Shown here: in pieces, positions 50,719-62,437 of the stretch
How positions within the stretch are numbered: position 1 is the stretch's first letter
Layout: each line of letters starts with the position of its first letter
Source of the DNA: Calditrichales bacterium
GTDB lineage: Bacteria; Calditrichota; Calditrichia; Calditrichales; J004
Direction: 5' to 3'
Length of the DNA: 64,000 nucleotides
Assembly (NCBI GenBank): GCA_965267575.1
Contig: OZ254086.1
Location: 2,432,001-2,496,000, forward strand
Position numbers and translations under genes: made by a program
Notes under the pieces: generated by a model
The model's database searches: none
Told to the model about the DNA's origin: nothing
Seen by the model: the letters and a program-made list of their open reading frames with translations, nothing else

Positions 50719-52308
50719 ATGAAGAGAGTAACTGATTTAAACCTCGGTTTTAGAGACGCAGAAAACTATCATCGAAGGGAAAACAAGCAGCTATTTGAGT
50801 CTATCTTTATAAAGAGTATTTTTCTTGACCAACTTTTGAAACAGAGTTGTTTTTTCGTGATTGGCGAAAAGGGAACAGGTAAGACCGCCTACGCAGTCTA
50901 TTTGTCAAATAATCACTACGAGAACAATATATCCGAACTGAAATATATCCGGGAAACAGAATACCAAAAATTTGTCAAACTAAAACAAGAAAATCATCTC
51001 CAACTCTCCGATTATACGTCCATTTGGAAGGTTATAATTCTGTTACTATTGGCTAGGTCTGTAAGACCAGATGAACTCGACCATTTACCATTCAGCAAAA
51101 ATGCGAAGATAAGGGCACTTAACAAGGCAATAGATGATTACTATCAGAATGCGTTTTCTCCTGAAATTGTCTATGCTTTAGATTTGATCGAGAATTCAAA
51201 AATTGCAGCTGAATTGATATCAAAACATCTTAAGCTTGGCGGGGAAAGTTATTCTAGCGCTACATTCCATGAATCGAAATTTCAAGTAAACCTGCTTTAT
51301 ATTCAAAAGCAATTTGAGACGGCATTGAGCGATATCAAAATCAAGGACAACCACTTATTGTTTATTGATGGGATCGACATCCGACCAGGATCAATTCCTT
51401 ATCGCGATTACCTTGATTGTGTCAAGGGTTTGGCGAACGCAATTTGGAGTCTAAACAACGATTTTTTCCCAACAATTCGTGATTCAAAGGGACGATTTAG
51501 AGCCATCCTACTATGTCGACCGGACATCTTTAACTCTGTAGGCCTTCAAAATGCAACAAACAAAGTAAGGGATAACTCAGTTTATCTTGATTGGCGAACG
51601 ACATACCCAAGCTACCGAAGCTCGCATTTGTTCCAACTTTCAGACAGATTACTTGCCTCGCAGCAAACGCATTCTCCGGATCTTGGTAAAGCTTGGGATT
51701 ATTATTTTCCGTGGCGCATCCCATCCGTTCACAGGGATCGAAAGTTCGACGATTCATTCGTTGCAATTCTACGAATGTCCTATTCAAGGCCACGTGATGT
51801 AGTATCTATCCTCCAGGTCCTTCAGGAAGAGTTCTCTCAGAAAGCTAAAAATACAGACGCAGTTTTTTCAGAACGTGATATTAAAAGCAATGATTTCAAA
51901 AATAAATATTCTCAGTACTTGATGGGTGGTGTTCGGGATCAATTAGCATTCTATTACAATGACAAAGACTACGAGATGTTTTTGAAGTTCTTTACTTTCC
52001 TAAACGGCAAGTCAGAATTCACCTATGAGAGTTATATGACTGCTTATGAAAAGTTTACTGAATATGTTTTGACCCATCACGATGATATTCCTGAATTCGT
52101 CGAGACTCCAGACCAGTTTATTCAATTTCTTTATGACACTAACATAATTTGCTATATAGAGGATACCGATTTTGAACGGTTATTTCGATGGTGTTACCGC
52201 GAGCGCAATCCATCAAACATTTCGCCCAAGGTAAAGCTTGACACAAGGTATCGTATTCACTATGGTTTGCAGAAAGCTTTAAATGTTGGATCTCAATTGG
52301 TCCGCTAA
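50719..52308 (+). CDS. P-loop ATPase, FunZ/Sll1717-like
   Basis: LGFRDAENY; Walker A GEKGTGKT; Walker B LLFIDGID; RPDIF and SRPRD motifs; low GC. Confidence 0.8.
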   Translation: MKRVTDLNLGFRDAENYHRRENKQLFESIFIKSIFLDQLLKQSCFFVIGEKGTGKTAYAVYLSNNHYENNISELKYIRETEYQKFVKLKQENHLQLSDYTSIWKVIILLLLARSVRPDELDHLPFSKNAKIRALNKAIDDYYQNAFSPEIVYALDLIENSKIAAELISKHLKLGGESYSSATFHESKFQVNLLYIQKQFETALSDIKIKDNHLLFIDGIDIRPGSIPYRDYLDCVKGLANAIWSLNNDFFPTIRDSKGRFRAILLCRPDIFNSVGLQNATNKVRDNSVYLDWRTTYPSYRSSHLFQLSDRLLASQQTHSPDLGKAWDYYFPWRIPSVHRDRKFDDSFVAILRMSYSRPRDVVSILQVLQEEFSQKAKNTDAVFSERDIKSNDFKNKYSQYLMGGVRDQLAFYYNDKDYEMFLKFFTFLNGKSEFTYESYMTAYEKFTEYVLTHHDDIPEFVETPDQFIQFLYDTNIICYIEDTDFERLFRWCYRERNPSNISPKVKLDTRYRIHYGLQKALNVGSQLVR

Positions 52309-52359
52309 CCATAATCGGGTTTTACAATAAGCAAATGTGTTTTAATTGTATTTCAAAAA

Positions 52360-52480
52360 GCCAAACAAGCAAATTCAGCCGATTCACTTCTCGTACAGGA
52401 TTTATAGTTTGCGGAAGTTGTAGTGATTCCTGGGTATCTTTAATGTGTGAATGAATCGCGTCTGGTTTTCGGTGTCCACC
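52360..52480 (+). mobile_element. Degenerate attC-like site
   Basis: GCCAAAC-AAGCA-AATTCAGCCGATTCA...TGAATCGCGTCTGGTTTTCGGTGTCC. The left arm is attC-like; the right arm and R' are decayed. Confidence 0.4.
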
Positions 52481-52602
52481 GGATCAAGTTTTACATAAAT
52501 TTAGCCACTTCTCTTTTTCCTAAATATTTACATTTTTGCCACAAATGCCATAGATTAAAAGACGTTTGTGACGACGCAAAAACACAAATCTAAAACCACT
52601 AA

Positions 52603-55275
<2,673 letters not shown>

Positions 55276-55812
55276 TTCCGGATATATAATCAAATGTAAA
55301 GAGCTTCGTTTAATTATATAAAAGTTTTACCGTGTAATGTTTGTTCTTTTATCGGGGAGTGATTATACTAAACCCATTCTGCTTGATTCTTCGTTTGTCT
55401 CAATCTGCGGTTTGTTTTTAAGATTGTCGAAATTTTAGCTGATTAAAAAAACTGACTATTTTATTTGCCCAATGGTCCTGGCATTGATATTACTTATTTA
55501 GCCAACGTATTTAGATCCATAGATCCTGGTTGCTGATCTGATGGGGTCTTATTTAACAGACGTTATCTTTATATAGGCAAATAAGCCGTTTGAAATAAGA
55601 AATCTGTGATCAGGAGAGCATATGGATTCTTCTTATTCTTTTGCAAAAAGAGAGTTAATTCGTTGTAGTCGCACATACACAGATTGTGTAAGTCCCCGGT
55701 CCCCTCAGGATTTTTATTTAAAAGTATGTTTTAAATACATGTTTGACTGCTTCTGACAGGTCATGCTTTTTCTATTACGTTTTTAAAGTCAAGAAAAAGG
55801 AAGGATTAAATT

Positions 55813-57411
55813 ATGAAGCATACTTTAAAGGTAATAATATTTCTTATAGGTGTTTGTTCTGTACACGGCCAAACACCTCAATGGCTATGGGCACAAGAGG
55901 GTGGTGGAGACGACATTGTTGTGGATGGCTTGGGCAACATTCTTGTGGCGGTGGATGATGGCACTTCCGGGGACGATTTAATTTCTAAATATGATGAGAA
56001 TGGAAATTTGATTTGGACTGAGCAGGCAGATGGCGTTGCTAGGCGCATCGCTGTGGATGCCTCCGGCAATTATTTGGTAACCGGAACTTTTGAAGGTATT
56101 GCGTTCTTCGGAGATACAAATCTGGTGACCGCCGGTGGAGAGGATATCTTTCTTGCAAAATATGATGGAGCCGGCAATTTGCTTTGGGTAGAACAAGCGG
56201 GCGGACAGTGGGACGATGTAGGACGTGGTGTCACTGTAGATGCTTCCGGCGGCGATATCCTATTGACTGGAGATTTTTGGTATACTAGTACTTTTGGTGA
56301 CACTGCCCTAACCAGCGAGGGCGATAATGATTTTTTCCTTGCAAAATATGATGGAAATGGCAACTTGCGTTGGATCAAACAAACAGGTGGATCTGAATTA
56401 GATAGAGGTTTAAGTATTGCTGTTGACGAGTCAGGAAACAGCCTGGTGGCCGGAGATACCTTCGGTGGAGCAACCTTTGGTGATACAACGTTAACCGATC
56501 CCGCTATCTTTATCGCCAAATATGACATGAATGGGAAATTAGTTTGGGTTGAAACAGGGGAGTATATTAGATATATCGAAGATATTGCAGTTGACGGATT
56601 CGGTAATTGTTTTATTACCGGATCATTTACTGGCACTGCAACCTTTGGCGATACGACCTTGACAAGTATAGACGGAACTCCTGACGTCTTTGTTACTAAG
56701 TATGATGGAAATGGCAACTGGATATGGACTAGGCAAGCTGGTGGGGCATCAGGTAATCATGTTTATAGTGACGCTGGACAAAGCATCGCGGTAGACAATT
56801 CAGGCAATAGCCTGATAACAGGATATTTTTCTGAGACGGCAATATTTGGAGATACAATTCTTACAAGTGCCGGAGGATATGATGTTTTTGTTTCAAAATA
56901 TGATGCTGATGGTAATATGATTTGGACCGAACAAGTTGGTGGTGAAGGCGGTTCCTTTACTTCTGAATCGGGCCGCGGCATAGCTGTCGATGCTTCGGGC
57001 AACGCTCTGGTAAGCGGAAGGTTCTTCGGTCCAGCAGCCTTTGGTGATACCACCATTGGTAGCTACCAAAGTCGATTTATCGCTAAAATCGGAGATGTTA
57101 CTACAGGAATTGAAACTACTTTAGCTTCACCAAATAATTTTCGTGTACACCAAAATTACCCCAACCCATTTAACCCGGCGACCACAATCAAATACCAGCT
57201 ACCCAAGTCTGCACAGGTGGAGCTTACCGTTTATAATCTACTCGGACAAAAGGTGATAACGCTGGTTAGTGCATTTCAAACCGCAGGGGAAAAATCTGTG
57301 GTTTGGGATGGCACAAATGCCGCCGAGCAGCCGGTGGGCACCGGTATTTATTTTTATAGTCTGCAGACTGGGGATTTTACGGATACACGAAAGATGTTGC
57401 TGGTGCGGTAG
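55813..57411 (+). CDS. SBBP beta-propeller repeat secreted protein with T9SS-type C-terminal domain
   Basis: About 6 repeats of IAVDxSGN...TG.F...FGDT.LTS.G..D.F..KYD.NGN..W; QNYPNPFNP; lower GC than katG. Confidence 0.9.
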   Translation: MKHTLKVIIFLIGVCSVHGQTPQWLWAQEGGGDDIVVDGLGNILVAVDDGTSGDDLISKYDENGNLIWTEQADGVARRIAVDASGNYLVTGTFEGIAFFGDTNLVTAGGEDIFLAKYDGAGNLLWVEQAGGQWDDVGRGVTVDASGGDILLTGDFWYTSTFGDTALTSEGDNDFFLAKYDGNGNLRWIKQTGGSELDRGLSIAVDESGNSLVAGDTFGGATFGDTTLTDPAIFIAKYDMNGKLVWVETGEYIRYIEDIAVDGFGNCFITGSFTGTATFGDTTLTSIDGTPDVFVTKYDGNGNWIWTRQAGGASGNHVYSDAGQSIAVDNSGNSLITGYFSETAIFGDTILTSAGGYDVFVSKYDADGNMIWTEQVGGEGGSFTSESGRGIAVDASGNALVSGRFFGPAAFGDTTIGSYQSRFIAKIGDVTTGIETTLASPNNFRVHQNYPNPFNPATTIKYQLPKSAQVELTVYNLLGQKVITLVSAFQTAGEKSVVWDGTNAAEQPVGTGIYFYSLQTGDFTDTRKMLLVR

Positions 57412-57424
57412 AAGTTTTTTGTTT

Positions 57425-57955
57425 GTCACGGAATTTCTTCTCCGCCTGGAACAAGGTGATGAACCTGGACCGCTTAGATCTGCAATAGGGATTGAATGAT
57501 TGAAATTAAAGGCTCCGTGGGTGTTTGGCCCGCGGGGCCTTTTTTGTTTTGGGGTATTTTATGTGGCGTACCGATGGCACGTAGGTTTTTTGTAGATGCC
57601 GTTTTCTACCTATGTTTTGTCCCTGCGGGACATATCTGAAGTATGGATTGATTCAAGTAATTGTTGATTTATGCGTAATATTCGATCGTATGTTTTTGAA
57701 GAATCCGCATTTCATTGGTAGGCAGCATTATTCACCGTCCGTCCCGTAAGGGACATGATATGGGTAGAATGGGTATACGAAATACAGGGGTCTGGGCCGC
57801 TAGGTACAGTATGTAATACGACGCGATTGAAATACATAAATGTGAATCGATGCATAAATCGGACACGAAATTTTCTCCCCATTAAATGATCTTATGGTGT
57901 ACCGACGGTATGCTCGGTTTTTTGTAGATGCTGTTGTCTACCCATGTTTTGTCCC
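57425..57955 (+). repeat. ~530-bp direct repeat, copy 2 (includes a pseudo-katG 3' end)
   Basis: gtcacgga...ccgcctggaacaaggtgatgaacctggaccgct...gatctgcaa, then the same terminator and REP-like units as copy 1. Confidence 0.92.
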
Positions 57956-58533
57956 GAGGGGACAAAACGAATAAACCGGTAAAATATCTGTCCAAAGATT
58001 TAATCGTTTATTTTGACGAATCGAGTCTGTCCCGAAGGGACGCAATATGGGTAGACTAGGAGGTTTTCGTAATCTCATTCTGTGCCGTCAGGTACAGCGC
58101 AAAAGCGGACCCAATAAATATGTGTGGAGAATTTGAAGTGTACCGATGGCACACCCGGATACATGTTTGCGTGGCCGGTTACCTATGTATTGTCCCTTCG
58201 GGACACACCTGTATTTCAATAGTAATGATCTTTCCCGTCCCGAAGGGACATAATATGGGTAGCGCATGGCGTGATTGATTAAACCCGGTTTGTACCTTCA
58301 GGTACAGTACAAAAACGGACCCAATAAATCTTTGTGGTCAATTTTAAAGCGTACCGATGGTACGCCCGCATCTATATTTACTTGATGTGCCTACCTATGT
58401 GTTGTTCCTTCGGGACACTACTTTATGTTTGAGGTTTGATTGTTGTGATGCCAATATTTCTATCCCGTCCCGAAGGGACATAATATGGGTAGACAAGGAG
58501 GTTAATTTAACCCGACCTGTACCGTCAGGTACA
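57566..58533. repeat. REP-like array upstream of tnpA (8 alternating units)
   Basis: A units at 57566, 57897, 58138 and 58349; B units at 57741, 58029, 58237 and 58467; each about 67-70 nt. Confidence 0.9.
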
Positions 58534-58639
58534 ACATTAAAGCCAGATGCAATGAAATTCGTCTAAATTATTCCTATATTTTCTCCATAAGACTCCCACG
58601 TAAAAAAAACAAAATTTTATCACAAACCTAAAATACACC

Positions 58640-59101
58640 ATGGCAAACACCTATACCCAAATTCATATTCACACCGTCTTCGCTGTTCAAAATCGTCAAA
58701 GCCTGATCGCTGATACATGGGAAACTGACCTCTATAAATACATCAATGGCATCGTTAAAAATAATGGTCATAAACTGCTTCAGATTAACGGCATGCCGGA
58801 CCATGTGCATCTCCTGGTGGGCTTGCGACCGATCCAGGCATTGTCGGAGTTAATGAAATACGTAAAGCAGGATTCGTCCAAGTGGATCAACCAAAACCGT
58901 TTTGCTAAGGGGCGCTTTTCGTGGCAGGCCGGTTACGGAGCGTTTTCGCTGTCACGTTCTCAAGTGCCACAGGTGATAAGCTACATCAGGAACCAAAAAG
59001 AACACCACCGCAAGAAAAGCTTTAGAGAAGAATACGTAGAGTTTTTGGAGCGAAGCGGGATTGAATATGATACGCAATATATTTTTAAGCCGATTGAATA
59101 A
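58640..59101 (+). CDS. tnpA: IS200/IS605-family Y1 (HUH) transposase, REP-associated
   Basis: HTVF, DHVH (HUH), WQAGYGAFS and catalytic Tyr in YIRNQKEHH; no tnpB. Confidence 0.93.
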   Translation: MANTYTQIHIHTVFAVQNRQSLIADTWETDLYKYINGIVKNNGHKLLQINGMPDHVHLLVGLRPIQALSELMKYVKQDSSKWINQNRFAKGRFSWQAGYGAFSLSRSQVPQVISYIRNQKEHHRKKSFREEYVEFLERSGIEYDTQYIFKPIE

Positions 59102-59108
59102 TCGGGTG

Positions 59109-59482
59109 GCGTACCCTAGGCACGCCCGCTTCAGCATCTACATTTTGGCTACCCATGTGCCGTCCCTTCGGGACATGTACCTGTGGTAATTGTCAGATTG
59201 GTTCCGTCTCGAAGGGACTTAATGTGGGTAAAATGGCGTGATTGATCAGACCCCGGTTTGTGCCGTCAGGTACAGTATAATAACGGATGCCCATGTATCT
59301 GTTGCGCGGAATTTTGTAGCGTACCGATGGCACGCTTGATACATATTTTATTGGCCGGTCTACCTATGTTTTGTCCCTTCGGGACATGCATGCGATACTT
59401 GTATTGCTTGGTTCTGTCCCGAAGGGACATAATGTGGGTAGAATGGAATAAGCAATATCTTCCGGTCTGTGCCGTCAGGTAC
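59109..59482. repeat. REP-like array downstream of tnpA (4 alternating units)
   Basis: A units at 59109 and 59319; B units at 59206 and 59416. Confidence 0.9.
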
Positions 59483-59612
59483 GGAATAGAAAAAGGAAAC
59501 CCGCCCAGTTTATCAATATATTTTTTCCAGATGACGCTGGGCAAAACATTAAAAACGTTTTATGGTGATCGAAATATTTTTAAATCCTTTTTGAATGATC
59601 TGACGGTGAACT

Positions 59613-60476
59613 ATGGATGCACTAGATAAAGCAAAACTGAGCCTCCGTGGTCTGGCTACGGGTGACGCATTTGGAGAGCGTCTTGCCGGACTGGCCATGG
59701 AGTCTTTTGTGAAAACGCGCAAGCTGCCGGAGGGAATCTGGCGTTGGACAGACGACACGGCCATGGCCATCTCAGTTGTCGAAAATCTGCGCGACTTTGG
59801 ATCGATCAACCAGGATGAGCTGGCGCAATCCTTTGCAAAACGCTACCGCACCGATCGTTACCGTGGCTACGGTGCCGGCGTGCATCTTCTGCTTACACAA
59901 CTCAGTGAAGGTGCCGATTGGCGTGCTGCCGCGCCCGCCCTGTTTGATGGCGGCTCCTATGGCAACGGCGCCTCCATGCGTATTGCCCCGTTGGGCGGCT
60001 ACTATTCCGGCAATCCGGAGAAGGCAGCACAAGAAGCGGCGAAATCGGCGGTTATAACCCATGCCCACCAGGAGGCGCAGGCCGGCGCGATGGCTATTGC
60101 TGTGGCTGCAGCCCTGGCCGCGACGCAACAAAAAATGGGCCGTAACCCCTTTATTGAGGCCGTTTTGGATTTTGTGCCGGAAAGTGAAGTGGCTTCTAAA
60201 ATGTATCTTTCACGGGTTATAGAAAAAGATAAAACCGCGTTGGCCGTCCAGGCGTTGGGCAACGGTTCGCGGATTTCGGCACAGGACACGGTGCCGTTTT
60301 GCGTCTGGTGTGCCGCCAATAACCTCGTTGATTATGAAGCTGCTCTCTGGCAAACGGTTTCCGGTGGAGGCGATCAGGATACCACTTGCGCCATGGTTGG
60401 CGGTATTGTTGCTTTGTCCTGCGGCTCTATCCCGCAAAACCTGGCAAAACAGACCGAAGAATTGCCGGAGATATAA
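59613..60476 (+). CDS. ADP-ribosylglycohydrolase family protein
   Basis: GDAFG, WTDDT, SYGNGASMR, TH and GGDQDT motifs. Confidence 0.93.
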   Translation: MDALDKAKLSLRGLATGDAFGERLAGLAMESFVKTRKLPEGIWRWTDDTAMAISVVENLRDFGSINQDELAQSFAKRYRTDRYRGYGAGVHLLLTQLSEGADWRAAAPALFDGGSYGNGASMRIAPLGGYYSGNPEKAAQEAAKSAVITHAHQEAQAGAMAIAVAAALAATQQKMGRNPFIEAVLDFVPESEVASKMYLSRVIEKDKTALAVQALGNGSRISAQDTVPFCVWCAANNLVDYEAALWQTVSGGGDQDTTCAMVGGIVALSCGSIPQNLAKQTEELPEI

Positions 60477-60491
60477 CGCACGGAGACATTT

Positions 60492-60965
60492 ATGAAACTG
60501 GATTACCTCGCCAACCATACCGGCGCCATTGCAACAATCGCCAAATGGTACGTGGACGAATGGGGCCACCTGCCCGGGGTTAGCAGTATGGCTCAGGCTG
60601 AAGATAACCTGCGGGCTTACCTGAATACGGATAAAATCCCCTTAATGATCATCGCAAAAGAGGGTGATGAAATATTGGGGGCGGCGCAACTCAAGTACAG
60701 GGAAATGGATATTTACCCGGAAAAAGAACATTGGCTTGGTGGTGTTTACGTGGCCAAAGAACACCGCGGCAAAGGTATCGCTGAGAAGATTATCCTGGAA
60801 ATCATCAGGCAGGCGCAACGGCTGGGCGTGCACACGCTGCATCTTCAAACCGAAAACCTCACTGGCGGCCTTTACCGGCGCATGGGTTGGAGGCCCGTCG
60901 AACAGGTTCATTTTGATGGCAGGGACGTGCTGGTGATGGAAAAGTCCATAGCCCCATCATTATGA
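60492..60965 (+). CDS. GNAT-family N-acetyltransferase
   Basis: WLGGVYV...RGKGIA...LYRRMGW. Confidence 0.9.
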   Translation: MKLDYLANHTGAIATIAKWYVDEWGHLPGVSSMAQAEDNLRAYLNTDKIPLMIIAKEGDEILGAAQLKYREMDIYPEKEHWLGGVYVAKEHRGKGIAEKIILEIIRQAQRLGVHTLHLQTENLTGGLYRRMGWRPVEQVHFDGRDVLVMEKSIAPSL

Positions 60966-61054
60966 TATGCTGGTTAGCCATCACGGTTTCATTTGAAACA
61001 ATCATGCCAATGTTCTATAATCCAAAAGCCCGACCAAAAAAATAAAAGGAAATT

Positions 61055-61192
61055 ATGAATAGAAGAAATAAAGCTGTCTCTCTCGGAGCCGGCGCAGGAA
61101 TGATCGCCGGATGGCTGGCAGGTAATATTGCGGCCGGCATGGTGCTGGGCGCTTTTGCGGGATTACTGGCGGACTATTTAAAAAACAAGTAG
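61055..61192 (+). CDS. Small glycine-zipper membrane protein (45 aa, not in the ORF track)
   Basis: MNRRNKAVSLGAGAGMIAGWLAGNIAAGMVLGAFAGLLADYLKNK; AAGGA RBS. Confidence 0.7.
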   Translation: MNRRNKAVSLGAGAGMIAGWLAGNIAAGMVLGAFAGLLADYLKNK

Positions 61193-61237
61193 AATCCATT
61201 TAACAAAAGCTTATAGTAAACTATCCGGAGGATTAAG

Positions 61238-61837
61238 ATGAGAACACGGTTTCAAGCTGTGATTGTTGCCTTAAGCTTTATCGGTGCGCCGATTTTAATG
61301 TTGATCACGGATACCCTTAATCTGCTTACGCCCGGTCAATATCAATGGTTTGCCTCGGTTACTTTTTGGTTTTCATTTTGTGCCTATGTTGCGGTTATAA
61401 TGGGCATGGTCAAATTGTCCGGCGACACCAACCTGGCGAGCGTTGCCGCCATACTGGCCATCATGGGCACCTTGATCGGCATTACCATAATCGGAACATC
61501 CAGGGTCGGGATGTCGATGCTTATGCAAGGTATTGAAAAAGAAATGATAATGGCAGCCATGTACGAGCCCATCGTTTTCTTTACCAGCCGCGCGCCGGGG
61601 ATTCTTTTTCCTGTGGGCCTTATCCTTTTGACTATAACTATGAAGAAAGCCGGCTCTATAAATACGGTTAATAGCGCTATTTTACTTGTAGGGATAATTC
61701 TCTTCCCGGTGGGCAGGATTCCTCAAATGGTGGGCTTCAATGTTGCCGGGGATATTTTGATGCTTATCGTTTTGGCACAGATTGGGCTTAACATAATTAA
61801 ACGGCGCGTAGAGTTAGATACGGGCAGCGCGTCATGA
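61238..61837 (+). CDS. Hypothetical membrane protein (about 6 TM)
   Basis: Hydrophobic ORF; GGAGG RBS. Confidence 0.75.
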   Translation: MRTRFQAVIVALSFIGAPILMLITDTLNLLTPGQYQWFASVTFWFSFCAYVAVIMGMVKLSGDTNLASVAAILAIMGTLIGITIIGTSRVGMSMLMQGIEKEMIMAAMYEPIVFFTSRAPGILFPVGLILLTITMKKAGSINTVNSAILLVGIILFPVGRIPQMVGFNVAGDILMLIVLAQIGLNIIKRRVELDTGSAS

Positions 61838-62382
61838 GTCCTTCCAATACTAAAACAAAAGTCGTCCAGCGTCTTTTTATTGCACAGATTGCACTGGTGA
61901 TGACGTTCACGCTGTTGACATTTCTCGCCTATTCCTGGCCGGAACGTATAGGTTCCTATTTCTTTGCGGCCATCCTGGGCTGTCTCGGCGGCAGCATCAC
62001 CCTGTTGCGGCGTGTTAAAAAAGAAGCCGGCACGCTGGTGGAGGAAATGGCGGCCTCGTGGATTGCCACGCTGATGCCGCTGCTCTATGCCGGGCTGATG
62101 GCCAGCGTGGCCTACCTGCTTTTCATGTCGGGCATTGTTTCCGGGGACGGTGGCAACGGGCTGCTTTCCAGCAACCTGTTTCCAAATTTTACAAACCCAA
62201 ATCCGGACGGTGCCGAATTGCTCTCCTTTAAACATGTGGCACAGATGCGCCCGGCCTCTTTACAGGATTTGGGCAAGCTGATGGTCTGGTGTTTCCTGGC
62301 CGGCTACTCGGAGCGCTTTGTCATCGGTATTTTAAAACAACTGGAGCGCAAGGGTGCGTCGTCGTCAAAACACGTTGATTAA
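61834..62382 (+). CDS. Hypothetical membrane protein
   Basis: TM segments; GCLGG...FLAGYSERF motif; coupled to the upstream gene via ATGA. Confidence 0.75.
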   Translation: MSPSNTKTKVVQRLFIAQIALVMTFTLLTFLAYSWPERIGSYFFAAILGCLGGSITLLRRVKKEAGTLVEEMAASWIATLMPLLYAGLMASVAYLLFMSGIVSGDGGNGLLSSNLFPNFTNPNPDGAELLSFKHVAQMRPASLQDLGKLMVWCFLAGYSERFVIGILKQLERKGASSSKHVD

Positions 62383-62421
62383 AAAAATAGGACGGATGTT
62401 GGTTATCCGTCCTGCTTTTTT
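62381..62421. terminator. Bidirectional intrinsic terminator
   Basis: A-run, AGGACGGAT-N8-ATCCGTCCT stem, T-run; lies between convergent genes. Confidence 0.75.
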
Positions 62422-62437
62422 GTAATAATTTTTATAG

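Noticed and set aside
55285..55812. Riboswitch or ncRNA (for example c-di-GMP-I) in the long AT-rich leader
   Set aside because: A GGCAAA is present but the remaining consensus and stems are not recognisable. An Rfam scan would be needed.
57566..59482. CRISPR array
   Set aside because: Units alternate in orientation, are degenerate and bipartite, and the intervening sequences are related to each other. There are no cas genes, and an HUH transposase sits in the middle.
58640..59482. TnpB/IscB RNA-guided (OMEGA) system
   Set aside because: No RuvC-domain ORF accompanies tnpA. The short ORFs in the array (58357, 59258, 59266) are translations of repeats.
59613..60965. ADP-ribosylation toxin-antitoxin or defence module
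   Set aside because: The glycohydrolase has no adjacent ADP-ribosyltransferase; its neighbour is an ordinary GNAT.
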